From: a virus
Reading direction: 5' to 3' (one strand)
IMG/VR virus record: IMGVR_UViG_3300023174_000087
Location: 51,202-115,201 of that record
Length of the DNA stretch: 64,000 bases
Shown here: positions 30,675 to 40,644 of the stretch, piece by piece
Position numbering within the stretch: the stretch's first letter is position 1
Layout: each line of letters begins with the position of its first letter
Position numbers and translations under genes: made by a program
The notes under the pieces: generated by a model
Database searches by the model: none
Told to the model about the DNA's origin: nothing
Seen by the model: only the letters and a program-made list of their open reading frames with translations

Positions 30675-32813
30675 ATTAAAAGATTAATACGCATAACAAT
30701 AGCGTCAATATTGGCTTTTGGATGGCTACTAATATCCCCACAAGATGCTCACTCTGACGATCCCTTAACAGTAGCAGCAAAACAAATTGAAAACCTCAAT
30801 AGCGCAGTAGATAAATTAGACTACAAAGATGGTCTAATAAACCTAATTGATATAGCAGAGAATAAGTTTATGTATGCTAAAAATCTACGGGATGTCAGAG
30901 ACCTAACAATTAAAAATTATGATGATGCAGTAGACGCAGAATACCTAGCATTGGAAGCAAAAGATCTTGCCCAGTCTAATGTAGATGGGCAGACAGCAAC
31001 AGTAGCCTTAGCCTTTGAACACAAGAATGATGCTTATGATGCCCTTGGGGTAGCCAACATTAATCTATCTAATGCCCAGCAAGCCTTAAATGGTGCTGGT
31101 GGAGAGGGTTTAAGATATGATGTTTATAGCCTGATTAGAGTTAATGGGCAAGCAGCCACAGATCAATTGCTATGTAGTGGTACATGGAATTCAAACTATA
31201 TGCAACTGCCAGTTTGTGGAAATCGGTATCAGAATTTCATTGTTAAATTTACTGGACAGATAACAGTTCCTTCATGGTTTACACAGGCATACTTTGCAGG
31301 ATATACAGATGATGGTTTTAGAATGTACATTGATGGGGAACTTGCCATTAATAATTGGCGGGAGCAGGGAACAACTTGGAGTGCTTATTCTCCTATATAC
31401 GATGTAACAAGTGATAAAGTTTTTGATGTAGAGATTTGGTGGTACAACGGTGGAGGACCAGGATCCTATCATCTTGGATGGGGAATTCCTGGAGGATGGA
31501 CTGGAGCAGGTTGTGACTATGCTGGAAATCCAAGAGTATGGGGACAAAACTTTAGTTGTAACTTAAACACATTTTCTTCTGGTTCTGGACCAAGTGCAAC
31601 ACAGACTGCAGAATACCAAGCAGCACTAAGTAAAAAGAATGCAGCACAGCAAGAATATAATGACAAACTAAATGTTTATAATCAAGCAGTTGCAACACTA
31701 AATTCATATAATCAAGAGTTAACTAATAAAACATCTGCGTATGAAAATGCTGTTAACGATACAGAAGATGCTTTATCTGAAAAGAATAATGCTATATCTA
31801 ATTTTAATAACGCAATCCTTGATGTTAATAGTGCCATTGATGACGCATGGCGTTACTATGATGAGCAATCACAAAGAGAAATTCAAAGAGCAATTGCTCA
31901 AGCAGCAGCCAATGCTGCAGCAAATCAACCTACACCAGAGCCAAAGCCAACTGTTGAACCAGAAAAGCCAAAGCCTTCCCCACCACCAACAGATAAGCCA
32001 GAACCAAAGCCAACTAACAATACCGCTACAGAAGAACCAGGAACAAAGCCTACACAGCCAGGACCAAAGCCTACAGAGCCTGGACCTAAACCAGAACCAA
32101 CAGACAAGCCAAAGCCAGATCCTACTGATAAGCCAAAACCAGAAGAGCCTAAGCCTACACCTTCCCCAAACCCTGAACCAAAGCCAGAGCCTACTCCAGA
32201 GCCTTCTGTAGAGCCTTCCCCAGAACCTAAACCACTTCCAAGACCAGACTTTAAGCCAGCAGAAAATATTGATCCAGTAATCAAGGATGCAGCATTAGCA
32301 GCACTTATCCCACAAAAGGGTACAGGAAATGCAGAAGATCTATCTGGGGTTATTGCAAACCTTACAAGCAAGGATAATAAATTAGTTAAACTTTCTGTAG
32401 AGCAGACTGCAGCAGTTAGTCAAACATTAAAGGCTTTAACACAGGAAGCAAAAACACAAGTCGCTGAAAACCTTGGTATTTCTGCATCAGAAGTTGCAAA
32501 GGTTGCAGATCAAATGAAATCTAACCCAGCACTTGCTGCTGCATTCGTTGCTTTTAATGATAAAGCAGAAGAAGCAGGAGATACTCCAATGCCATTTACA
32601 TTAGCAGATGCAGTAACAGAAGTACAAACAGATGAATTTTTAGCAGACCCACTTGCAGCAGTCTTTGCAGTGGATCCACTAGAACTCCTATCCAATTTCT
32701 CTGAGTTGGGTATGGACATGACAGATGATCAGAGAGAAAAAGCACAAGAAGTAATTGTCCCAGTGGTCATTGCATCACAAATTGCAGGGGCAATGATAAG
32801 GAGGAACAAATGA
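30675..32813 (+). CDS. Exported PA14-domain protein with coiled coil and Pro-rich linker
   Basis: Signal peptide; FTGQI..YTDDGFRMYIDG..WWYNGGG PA14 motif; PEPKPT repeats; start probably ATT at 30675. Confidence 0.75.
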   Translation: MKRLIRITIASILAFGWLLISPQDAHSDDPLTVAAKQIENLNSAVDKLDYKDGLINLIDIAENKFMYAKNLRDVRDLTIKNYDDAVDAEYLALEAKDLAQSNVDGQTATVALAFEHKNDAYDALGVANINLSNAQQALNGAGGEGLRYDVYSLIRVNGQAATDQLLCSGTWNSNYMQLPVCGNRYQNFIVKFTGQITVPSWFTQAYFAGYTDDGFRMYIDGELAINNWREQGTTWSAYSPIYDVTSDKVFDVEIWWYNGGGPGSYHLGWGIPGGWTGAGCDYAGNPRVWGQNFSCNLNTFSSGSGPSATQTAEYQAALSKKNAAQQEYNDKLNVYNQAVATLNSYNQELTNKTSAYENAVNDTEDALSEKNNAISNFNNAILDVNSAIDDAWRYYDEQSQREIQRAIAQAAANAAANQPTPEPKPTVEPEKPKPSPPPTDKPEPKPTNNTATEEPGTKPTQPGPKPTEPGPKPEPTDKPKPDPTDKPKPEEPKPTPSPNPEPKPEPTPEPSVEPSPEPKPLPRPDFKPAENIDPVIKDAALAALIPQKGTGNAEDLSGVIANLTSKDNKLVKLSVEQTAAVSQTLKALTQEAKTQVAENLGISASEVAKVADQMKSNPALAAAFVAFNDKAEEAGDTPMPFTLADAVTEVQTDEFLADPLAAVFAVDPLELLSNFSELGMDMTDDQREKAQEVIVPVVIASQIAGAMIRRNK
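31925..32250 (+). repeat. Low-complexity Pro-Glu/Lys-Pro-Thr coding repeats
   Basis: Imperfect CCAGAGCC/CCAAAGCC units encoding PEPKPT/PTDKPKP. Confidence 0.8.
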
Positions 32814-33037
32814 AAATAATCAATAAAGCCATCAACCTGGTAGGCAAAATGCTCAAGGGATTAATTAAATGGTTTAAAGACGCAGGAATGGAATTAATTG
32901 CACAGGCATTCACCCTCCTTGGCTTCTTTATCGCATGGCTAACTTTGACGGGATCAGCAAGAGACATTGTTGGACTTGCAGTACTTGCAACCACAGTAAT
33001 CTGGCTTATTACAATCCCGCTAAGAAAGGAGGACTAA
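32810..33037 (+). CDS. Two-TM membrane protein
   Basis: Two hydrophobic helices. Confidence 0.65.
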   Translation: MKIINKAINLVGKMLKGLIKWFKDAGMELIAQAFTLLGFFIAWLTLTGSARDIVGLAVLATTVIWLITIPLRKED

Positions 33038-33039
33038 GT

Positions 33040-33324
33040 ATGGCAACTAAAAAGGTAGTAGAGCCTCCTAAGAAAGAGCACCCACAAAAGGCAATCACAA
33101 ATATCTTGATGAGAATCGTAGCAGTCTTTGCAGCATCTGGTCTATCAGTACTTGGTGCTGGAGCAGTTGTAGGAATTGACACAGTTCAGGCAGTATTCTT
33201 AGCAGGACTATTAGGCGTAGCGACAGTCATTGAAAGACTTGCAAGGGCTTTTTTGGACGATGGAAAACTCACATTGGCAGAGATCAATGATGCGTTTAAG
33301 ACAGTAGACAAAAAGGCTAATTAG
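33040..33324 (+). CDS. Holin-like two-TM membrane protein
   Basis: Two TMs, DDGKLTLAEIN tail; SD AGGAGG. Confidence 0.5.
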   Translation: MATKKVVEPPKKEHPQKAITNILMRIVAVFAASGLSVLGAGAVVGIDTVQAVFLAGLLGVATVIERLARAFLDDGKLTLAEINDAFKTVDKKAN

Positions 33325-33373
33325 TATTTTCCCCTACTTAGATGATATACTTATTCTGAGTAGGGGAAGATAT
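33324..33373 (+). promoter_or_regulatory. Long hairpin enclosing an extended -10 and occluding the downstream SD/AUG
   Basis: GTATTTTCCCCTACTTAGA / TCTGAGTAGGGGAAGATAT arms; loop TGATATACTTAT. Confidence 0.65.
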
Positions 33374-33953
33374 GAACAAAATTATTGAGCAGCAGTTTAC
33401 AAATATATATAATAATAATAAAAATGCTGATGAAGAAACTGTTTCTGGCATTGGATCAAAAATAGAAAATGCAATAGACTTAATAAATACACTTCCAGAT
33501 ATATTAAAAAAATACGAAATATCAAGCATTTTTGATATAGGCTGTGGAGATTTTAACTGGATGAAAAATATTGACATTTCAGGAATTAATTATACTGGCG
33601 GAGAAATAGTATTAGATGTTTTTAAATCAAACAAAAAATATGAAAGTGATACGATAAACTTTATACATTTTGACATAACTTCAGATAGCATACCTAGGTC
33701 AGACCTGATTATATGTAGAGGGGTTCTTTCATTTTACAATACAAAAACAATATTAAATATAATTAATAAAATAATTAATAGTAAATCTTTGTATATCCTG
33801 TTAACAAATTTTCCAAAATCTACTGACACAAAGATAGATTTTTTGCAACCACCATATAGTTTTCCAGATCCAATAATCTCAATAAAAGATGGAGTAAACA
33901 AAGAGATTGGTTTATGGAAAATAAGTGATTTGCTAATACAAATAGATCAATGA
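33372..33953 (+). CDS. Class I SAM-dependent methyltransferase
   Basis: SGIGS; FDIGCGDFNW; DLIICR. Confidence 0.8.
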   Translation: MNKIIEQQFTNIYNNNKNADEETVSGIGSKIENAIDLINTLPDILKKYEISSIFDIGCGDFNWMKNIDISGINYTGGEIVLDVFKSNKKYESDTINFIHFDITSDSIPRSDLIICRGVLSFYNTKTILNIINKIINSKSLYILLTNFPKSTDTKIDFLQPPYSFPDPIISIKDGVNKEIGLWKISDLLIQIDQ

Positions 33954-33985
33954 TATACTTATATTACAAATGAAAGGTTTTATAT

Positions 33986-34714
33986 ATGGCAATAGAAAAT
34001 AAAAAAGTACAAGAATTGCATGGTCGTGAGCATAAGTTTTTTTATAGAGATTTAAACTTAGATCTAGATGATATAACTAAAATTTTAGAGACTGAGTATG
34101 AAAGAATCCAAAAGGGAGAAATGCGTGGTGTAACTCCAGTAAATGTAGATGTGCCAAGACAAGAAATATTTTTAGAGTCAAACTCTGTTTCTACAATTAA
34201 ATCTAGAGAGTATAATGCTTTTCAAATGTACTACCCATTTTTACACGATCTATACTCTGAGGTAGTTGATATGACAATAGAAGCATGCGAATATTATGGT
34301 ATTGATTATAATGAACAAAAATATGTCTGTCAGGCCTGGTTTAATATAAATAATACAAGCAAGGGTGGAAAGTTAGATTGGCATGACCATGTTCCAATGG
34401 GAATGCTTAGTTCCACAGCATTTCATGGTTATTATTCTGTTAGTGCAGAACCATCTAAAACTCATTACCTTATTGATGGTGTAGAAAAAATTAACAACAA
34501 TAAAAATAATCGTGCAATACTTTCAAGAGTTGGCTATCCACACGCCATGGCAGATTGGAATTGGGAAGGACAAAGAATTACAATTGCCTATGATGTTGCA
34601 CCATTAAAATATTCATTACAAAAAGATTTTTTAAAATTTAAGCAACCAGAATATGCTTCATTTTGGGAACAACATTATTTCCCATTGCCACAATTAAAAT
34701 CATTAACAAAATAA
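33986..34714 (+). CDS. Putative 2OG-Fe(II) oxygenase (paralog of 37900)
   Basis: QAWFN..LDWHDH..FHGYY..PHAM..RITIAYD. Confidence 0.7.
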   Translation: MAIENKKVQELHGREHKFFYRDLNLDLDDITKILETEYERIQKGEMRGVTPVNVDVPRQEIFLESNSVSTIKSREYNAFQMYYPFLHDLYSEVVDMTIEACEYYGIDYNEQKYVCQAWFNINNTSKGGKLDWHDHVPMGMLSSTAFHGYYSVSAEPSKTHYLIDGVEKINNNKNNRAILSRVGYPHAMADWNWEGQRITIAYDVAPLKYSLQKDFLKFKQPEYASFWEQHYFPLPQLKSLTK

Positions 34715-34730
34715 TTACTCTTAAGGTTGC

Positions 34731-34759
34731 TTGACAGTTCCCCGTAGTGATGATATACT
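34731..34759 (+). promoter_or_regulatory. Sigma70-type promoter
   Basis: TTGACA-17 nt-TATACT with TG extension. Confidence 0.75.
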
Positions 34760-34790
34760 TAAATATAAACTATTTAGAAAGGGCTTTACG

Positions 34791-35315
34791 ATGACCTGCA
34801 TTGCCGTAGTAAAACATGAAGACAAAATTTACATGGCTGGAGATCGTGGCGCATCAGATGATGGAACAATTTTAGCACTTGAAGCACCAAAAGTTTGGAA
34901 AATAGGTCCATATTTAATTGGATATGCGGGAGCAATGGACGGAGAAAGAATCCGTTACAACTTTAAACCAACCGCGCCCAACATTAAAGACACAGATAGA
35001 TTTATGCAAACAAGGTTTGTGAAAGAACTTCGTGAGTTTTATAATGAATTTTGGGTAGACACATCTAAAGATGGAGATCTTGGTTTGATTATTGCAGTTC
35101 GTGGAGAAATATACGAACATAGTTCTGCAGACATGTCTTTATCTAAATATACATTGCCATATCTTGCTATGGGATCTGGAGCAGAATATGCATTTGGTGT
35201 TTTATATGCAACAGACAAGCAAAAAAATGCAAGAAATAGAGTCATGCAAGCGGTAAATGCTGCTATTAAATTTAATCCATCATGCATGGGTCCAGTTGAC
35301 ATTGTCAGTCTTTAA
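34791..35315 (+). CDS. Ntn-hydrolase, HslV/proteasome-beta-like protease
   Basis: N-terminal MTCIA nucleophile Thr; GD; PKV; AMGSGAEYAFG. Confidence 0.8.
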   Translation: MTCIAVVKHEDKIYMAGDRGASDDGTILALEAPKVWKIGPYLIGYAGAMDGERIRYNFKPTAPNIKDTDRFMQTRFVKELREFYNEFWVDTSKDGDLGLIIAVRGEIYEHSSADMSLSKYTLPYLAMGSGAEYAFGVLYATDKQKNARNRVMQAVNAAIKFNPSCMGPVDIVSL

Positions 35316-35330
35316 GGATATACTTAATAT

Positions 35331-35534
35331 ATGAATCACACGCATGATGATTTATCACTAGAAGAACAAGAGTTTGGCATCTGGCTTTCAAATGGTATTG
35401 ACAGGGGATGGGTTACACCACCATACTGCAACACTCATGATGGCGGATATGAGTACATGAGTGAAGAAGAAAGCGATGAATGGGACCAAGGCGGAGACCC
35501 GTGTTGTCATGTCATCAGATTGATGATATCATAA
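35331..35534 (+). CDS. Hypothetical protein
   Basis: CNTHDG..GGDPCCHVIRL; leaderless -10. Confidence 0.6.
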   Translation: MNHTHDDLSLEEQEFGIWLSNGIDRGWVTPPYCNTHDGGYEYMSEEESDEWDQGGDPCCHVIRLMIS

Positions 35535-35551
35535 AAATGAAAAGGAATAAA

Positions 35552-36361
35552 ATGAAAAAGATCGTAGCATTAGTAGCAGTACTGTTTTCAGTAATCACAC
35601 CAGTGCAATCACAAGCAGCGGTTGGAGAACGAATTGTAATTATTGACAGTTATTTTGATAAGACAAAAATTTCTGGAAGCATTGAGTTTGTGTGTCTTGC
35701 ATCCGATGGTTGCGTAAAAACAGCAATCCTAAAGCCAGGAATGGGAACTGATCCTGCAAACCATGGTACAGTTATGGCAAACATTGCTCGTCAACAAAAC
35801 TTAACAGCAACATTAGTTCTTATTCAAACAGAAGAAGTTTTGGTTAGCAATAAAGGTGTTGTATCTATTACAACTCTAGATGGCTCAGACTTCATTAAGG
35901 CTTTAGAATGGGTTAATTTAAATAAAAACAATGTATCAGCAGTATCATTTTCATATAATTTAACAAATTCAAATGCCAAGGTTGGTGAGTGTAAGATTTC
36001 TGCACAAGGTGGAGCAGTTACAGTCATGGATACATCAATTAAGTCTTTGGTTGCTTCCCTAAAGTCTTCAGGCATTCCAGTTCTTGCAGCAGCAGGAAAT
36101 GATAATAAAAAGCCATTGCAGTATCCAGCATGTCTTAATGATGTTGTTTCAATTGGATCAACTGGATCTGCAGCCTATCATCAAAATAACGTAAAAATTC
36201 TTGCAACAATTATCAATCCAGATAAGGCTTCATACATGAAGTCTGTTGCTCCATGGTTTGGATCTGTAGAATTTACTACTTCTGCAGCAACTGTTGCCGT
36301 AGCATCTAACTGGAAATCAATTCCAACAGGTACTACAAAGGTAAATATTCTCTCTAACTAA
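35552..36361 (+). CDS. Secreted subtilisin-like (S8) peptidase
   Basis: Signal peptide; IIDS, NHGT, AAAGND, YPAC, TTSAAT. Confidence 0.75.
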   Translation: MKKIVALVAVLFSVITPVQSQAAVGERIVIIDSYFDKTKISGSIEFVCLASDGCVKTAILKPGMGTDPANHGTVMANIARQQNLTATLVLIQTEEVLVSNKGVVSITTLDGSDFIKALEWVNLNKNNVSAVSFSYNLTNSNAKVGECKISAQGGAVTVMDTSIKSLVASLKSSGIPVLAAAGNDNKKPLQYPACLNDVVSIGSTGSAAYHQNNVKILATIINPDKASYMKSVAPWFGSVEFTTSAATVAVASNWKSIPTGTTKVNILSN

Positions 36362-36369
36362 GAGGGTAG

Positions 36370-36442
36370 TGGCCCATAACTCAGTTGGTAGAGTGCCGAA
36401 CTGTTAATTCGGATGTCCCAGGATCGAAACCTGGTGGGCCAG
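36370..36442 (+). tRNA. tRNA-Asn(GTT)
   Basis: TGGCCCA/TGGGCCA acceptor; CCGAA-CTGTTAA-TTCGG anticodon arm; T-loop ATCGAAA. Confidence 0.9.
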
Positions 36443-36470
36443 CAAATATATAGATTGGTATAATGTTTTT

Positions 36471-37130
36471 ATGGATCCAAATAATTTTTTAAACAAGGGA
36501 AGACTTGGATCAAAATATTGGATAAACTCTGAACTAAAAACATTTGAAGAGTTGTGCAAAGATAATATCCTACAACACTCAAAATGGAAAAACTCTAAAA
36601 GTTTATTAAGTGTTGGTTTTGAAAATAAAATATTAAAACCAGCAAACGAATATGCAAGAATATTTTCAAATAAACCAGAAATAATTCAAGAAAATGATCA
36701 ACTAAGATTAAGATATAAAACCCATGCAGAAATATGGTTTGAGAAAAAGTCAGATGGATTTTATTGTTTAGACAAGGTGATGCAGCGACAATTCTATCCA
36801 TCTGAATTAGACATAAAAGTATTAAAAACAAACTTTGATGCCTTGTATAAATTTTACACGCCATGGATAATTGATTTAAATAAAAGTTTTTTAATAGAGC
36901 AAATTGATTCTTCTCCATTTTTCATACATAGCAAAGAAATTTTTTTCAATGAAATAAAAAAAGATAAAGATATTTGGGATATAGGTTTTGTTCATTTTTC
37001 TATTAAGAATATTGGAGATCACATAAAAAATTTCAATGGTGATTTTTTTGGGATAATAGATGCTCAAACACCCATGTATGATATAATCGTTGAAGATAAA
37101 GAAATAATAAAAAGGATACTAAGTGAATAA
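36471..37130 (+). CDS. Hypothetical protein
   Basis: AT-rich ORF; KFYTPW and GIIDAQTPMY weakly resemble the next gene. Confidence 0.55.
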   Translation: MDPNNFLNKGRLGSKYWINSELKTFEELCKDNILQHSKWKNSKSLLSVGFENKILKPANEYARIFSNKPEIIQENDQLRLRYKTHAEIWFEKKSDGFYCLDKVMQRQFYPSELDIKVLKTNFDALYKFYTPWIIDLNKSFLIEQIDSSPFFIHSKEIFFNEIKKDKDIWDIGFVHFSIKNIGDHIKNFNGDFFGIIDAQTPMYDIIVEDKEIIKRILSE

Positions 37131-37860
37131 AAAAAATAAAATAAAATTTTCTCCAAGTTTGCAAAATACAGAAAGTTTATCTTATCAAAATCCACCAGTT
37201 GAATCTTCAAGAGTTATACCAGATTGGTACAAAGATTTATCTGGATTTAAAAATTCATCAAGTACAAATATTAGATTTTTAAACCCAGTAAATGATCGAG
37301 GACAAGATGGTTCTGATGTATCAACAAAACTATGTCCACCATATCTAGATGCAATAATTTCTGGATACATGCACACAGCACCAGAGGATATATTTGTTGA
37401 AATTTTAGAAGAAGAAAAACCAATAATTAGTTGGAAAAGCAATGAACACCTGATTGATACAAGGCCAAAAGTTGATGTTCCTATTCCAAAAGAATGTTAT
37501 CCTGTTCAGTTTGGTTGGAAGATGACTTGGTATTATGAAACACCGCCAGGATATTCTTTATTATTTACCCATCCACTTAATAGATACGATCTTCCATTTT
37601 ACAATGCTTCAGCGATTGTAGATAGTGATATCTGGGGACTTCCAGCATTTATGCCATTTTTTTTAAAGCGAGGATTTTCTGGGGTTATTCCAAAGGGCAC
37701 ACCACTTTTTCAAATGATACCAATAAAAAGAGATAACTGGGAATTAGATATAGATATGTCTGATGAAAAATATTGGAAAAATAAAGAAAGAGAAGAAAAA
37801 AGAAGAACAGACATAACTGGACACTACAAAAAAACAACATGGCAAAAAAAGCAATACTAG
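37123..37860 (+). CDS. Conserved phage protein (dUTPase-like / DUF6065-like fold)
   Basis: KLCPPYLDA..GY; TPPGYSLLFTHPLNR; IPKGTPLFQMIPIKR. Confidence 0.5.
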   Translation: MNKKNKIKFSPSLQNTESLSYQNPPVESSRVIPDWYKDLSGFKNSSSTNIRFLNPVNDRGQDGSDVSTKLCPPYLDAIISGYMHTAPEDIFVEILEEEKPIISWKSNEHLIDTRPKVDVPIPKECYPVQFGWKMTWYYETPPGYSLLFTHPLNRYDLPFYNASAIVDSDIWGLPAFMPFFLKRGFSGVIPKGTPLFQMIPIKRDNWELDIDMSDEKYWKNKEREEKRRTDITGHYKKTTWQKKQY

Positions 37861-37899
37861 TATATGGTATAATTATTTTAACGAGAGATAGGATATAAA

Positions 37900-38559
37900 A
37901 TGCAAAACGCAATGCGTCCAATACCAAAAAGATATGACAAGCCACATAAGTTTTTTGAAAAACATCTAGACAATGATTTAGACAAGTTGGCTAACTTTTT
38001 AGAATTAAAGTACAAGCAAATAGAAGAAGCAAAAGTTCCAGGCGTAAGCAAGTTGGGCGAGAATGGAAGAGAGATTTGGCTTGAAAGCGGTAGTCTTTCA
38101 ACTGTAAAATGGAAAGAATATAATGTTTTTCAATTTTACAATGAAGAAATTTACAACCTGTTTGTGGGCATTAGAGAAACCGTAAAAGAAGCATGTGACT
38201 ACTATGGTATTGACTTTGATAAAGAAAAATATATGATTCAGGGTTGGTTTAATATTACACATAAGGGTAAGGGCAAACTAGATTGGCATGATCATGGTGG
38301 ACCATGGGCACCCTTTTTCCATGGATACTATTGTGTAAAAGCAGAACCATCATCTACATGGTACAAAATTGATAACAAAGATGAAAATGTTTTTGAAAAC
38401 AAAAATTTAGACAATCGACTTATAATTTCTGAAATGGGGCACCCACATGCGATGGCAGACTGGGACTGGGATGGATCAAGAATTACTATTGCTTATGATG
38501 TAATGCCACTAAGAGCATTACGAGGAGAAGTAAACGAACAACACTACTTCCCATTATAA
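37900..38559 (+). CDS. Putative 2OG-Fe(II) oxygenase (paralog of 33986)
   Basis: QGWFN..LDWHDH..FHGYY..PHAMADW..RITIAYD. Confidence 0.7.
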   Translation: MQNAMRPIPKRYDKPHKFFEKHLDNDLDKLANFLELKYKQIEEAKVPGVSKLGENGREIWLESGSLSTVKWKEYNVFQFYNEEIYNLFVGIRETVKEACDYYGIDFDKEKYMIQGWFNITHKGKGKLDWHDHGGPWAPFFHGYYCVKAEPSSTWYKIDNKDENVFENKNLDNRLIISEMGHPHAMADWDWDGSRITIAYDVMPLRALRGEVNEQHYFPL

Positions 38560-38560
38560 T

Positions 38561-39385
38561 ATGAACACCATCAATGTATTTATTTATTCTTATAAAGTAA
38601 AATCTTTAATAGAAAACATAACTGACATTGTTAATAAACAAAGCAATAAAAATAAAATAATATATCATATTTTTGACCAAAGCACTACTGATAAAACTAT
38701 TAGTTTTAAAAAAAGAGACAATGTTTTTTATAGATACATATCGTGGGATGACACAAAAGGGGTTCCATATTATAGAAAACATGTTTTGTTTGATCAAAGC
38801 GCTAAATACTTTTTAGAGTTGTCACCAAACATATCTTTGTCAAAAAACTGGGACAGCGTTTTAATTGAATCATTAATGCCGAATACAATAATATCTGGTA
38901 ACTCAATAAAAAAAATTAAAATAGATAAAACACATACTTATATTCATGAAGAAAAAATAGATAATATTTCTGAGTCAAACTTTATAGACACAAACTTATT
39001 ATTTTTAAAACAAAAAGATTCAATATTTTTAAATCAGTTATCATTTTTAAAATATTACGGACAAGATTTATTTGCCTCAATATTGTCTGTTGCCAGAGGT
39101 ATTAAAATTTTTTCCATGAATTCTGATTTTTATACAGTAGATTCAAAAAATATAGATATGCTATATTATCCGTATTCAAAAATGCATGGATATAATAAAA
39201 TGATTGACACCATCAATTCATTTAAAAATAACACATTTGAAAGTTTTCACAACATAAAGGTTTCAGAAATACCTAAAATGTATTATCAGGTGGATGATGT
39301 TCCTTATCATGATGCAAGAACATCTATAGATGTCTCAGCATCAACAAAATTTCATAATGGATACAATAGTATAAGGGTGCTGTAG
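38561..39385 (+). CDS. Divergent GT60-like glycosyltransferase
   Basis: INVFIYSYK..HIFDQ; GVPYYR; YFLEL..SKNWDSVLI; YYGQDLFASI..RGIKIF; collinear with 25414. Confidence 0.5.
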   Translation: MNTINVFIYSYKVKSLIENITDIVNKQSNKNKIIYHIFDQSTTDKTISFKKRDNVFYRYISWDDTKGVPYYRKHVLFDQSAKYFLELSPNISLSKNWDSVLIESLMPNTIISGNSIKKIKIDKTHTYIHEEKIDNISESNFIDTNLLFLKQKDSIFLNQLSFLKYYGQDLFASILSVARGIKIFSMNSDFYTVDSKNIDMLYYPYSKMHGYNKMIDTINSFKNNTFESFHNIKVSEIPKMYYQVDDVPYHDARTSIDVSASTKFHNGYNSIRVL

Positions 39386-39407
39386 TATAATATAATATGG
39401 TGATAAT

Positions 39408-39995
39408 ATGAACAGAATTACGGTTATTGATAATTTTATAAGCGAAAAAGATGCAAACATCTTAATCTCTGAACAGTTAAACCCAAGTGAAATAAATCAA
39501 TACCCAGAGCATTATAAAAGTAGATATGGCGGAACTGCCTTTCCATATAACAATATTGTCATGAGTATTTTAAAAAAATATGGATACCTATCTAGCGCAA
39601 AACACAAAGATTTAAATTCTTTTATTAATCCTATATATGTTTTTAAAGCATTTGGTTCTTGCTGGCTTCCAGGCACAAAGGGGGAACTTCATATTGATGC
39701 ACAAGGACCAGAGCCATGGATTGAGTTTAGTACAATTATTTATTTAAATGATGAGTTTGATGGAGGAGAACTTTATTTTCCAAATCAAAACTTAGTGTAT
39801 AAACCAAAAAAATATTCTGCTGTATTTTTTCCAAGTGCTGGTTCTGAATATATTCACGGGGTAACTACTGTTTCTTCTGGAATAAGACACACCGCTTTAT
39901 ATATGCACACAAGTTTGCCAAATAACGCAGATCCTGATTTTCATCCTAATAAAGAAAACTGGAAAGCATTGGAGCACTCGCATGTTGGATTATGA
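39408..39995 (+). CDS. Prolyl-4-hydroxylase-like 2OG-Fe(II) oxygenase
   Basis: LHID; IIYLNDEFDGGELYF; HGVTTVSSGIR. Confidence 0.85.
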   Translation: MNRITVIDNFISEKDANILISEQLNPSEINQYPEHYKSRYGGTAFPYNNIVMSILKKYGYLSSAKHKDLNSFINPIYVFKAFGSCWLPGTKGELHIDAQGPEPWIEFSTIIYLNDEFDGGELYFPNQNLVYKPKKYSAVFFPSAGSEYIHGVTTVSSGIRHTALYMHTSLPNNADPDFHPNKENWKALEHSHVGL

Positions 39996-40644
39996 AATTT
40001 TAGATCTTGGCTTAGTTTATTATAAAAATATTATTAAAAATCCAGAAAAACTCATTGAAGAGATTGAGTCTTTAGATGAAAAGTATAACAATAATATTGA
40101 AAATACAAATACACTAGTTGAGCCTTGGATAAAATGGAAATACAATTCTGGAGAAAAAGAGTTAATGTTCTGTTGGCAAAAATTTATACCACAAGTAGTT
40201 GATATTCCAGATTCTGATTTATACAAAGATGAGCAAACAAGTATCTCTTCTCAATTATTTGGAGCAATAGATAAAACTTTTGATCACTATACAAAAGAGT
40301 TGTACCCATTTGCTGAAAGAAATATAAAATCTAGAGAAAAAACCATGCACTTGTTAAAATATAATACTGCTGGACACCTACCAGCACATCAAGATCAAGG
40401 TATGAGTAGCAGAGTTTTATCAGTCCTTGTTTATTTAAACGATGATTATATAGGTGGGGATATAGAGTTTAAGCATTCTGGTGTAAGAATTAAGCCAAAG
40501 GCTGGAAGTCTATTGTTCTTTCCATCAAATTTTTTGTATGTACATGAGGTCCATCCAGTATATAAAGGTCCAAGGTATGCTCTTCCTAACTGGTTTCATA
40601 ACATACCATTTGAAAACAAAAGAGACTCTAATGGTGAAGAATGA
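39982..40644 (+). CDS. Prolyl-4-hydroxylase-like 2OG-Fe(II) oxygenase
   Basis: AHQD; VYLNDDYIGG; HEVHPVYKGPRY. Confidence 0.87.
   Translation: MLDYEILDLGLVYYKNIIKNPEKLIEEIESLDEKYNNNIENTNTLVEPWIKWKYNSGEKELMFCWQKFIPQVVDIPDSDLYKDEQTSISSQLFGAIDKTFDHYTKELYPFAERNIKSREKTMHLLKYNTAGHLPAHQDQGMSSRVLSVLVYLNDDYIGGDIEFKHSGVRIKPKAGSLLFFPSNFLYVHEVHPVYKGPRYALPNWFHNIPFENKRDSNGEE

Noticed and set aside
31925-32250. Short repeats as a CRISPR array or DGR-type variable repeat
   Set aside because: They are imperfect, in-frame and encode a Pro-rich linker; no unique spacers or reverse transcriptase
29870-32371. Long antisense or alternate-frame ORFs (29870-30550, 31741-32211, 31925-32371)
   Set aside because: They are shadows of low-complexity Ala-rich and Pro-rich coding sequence
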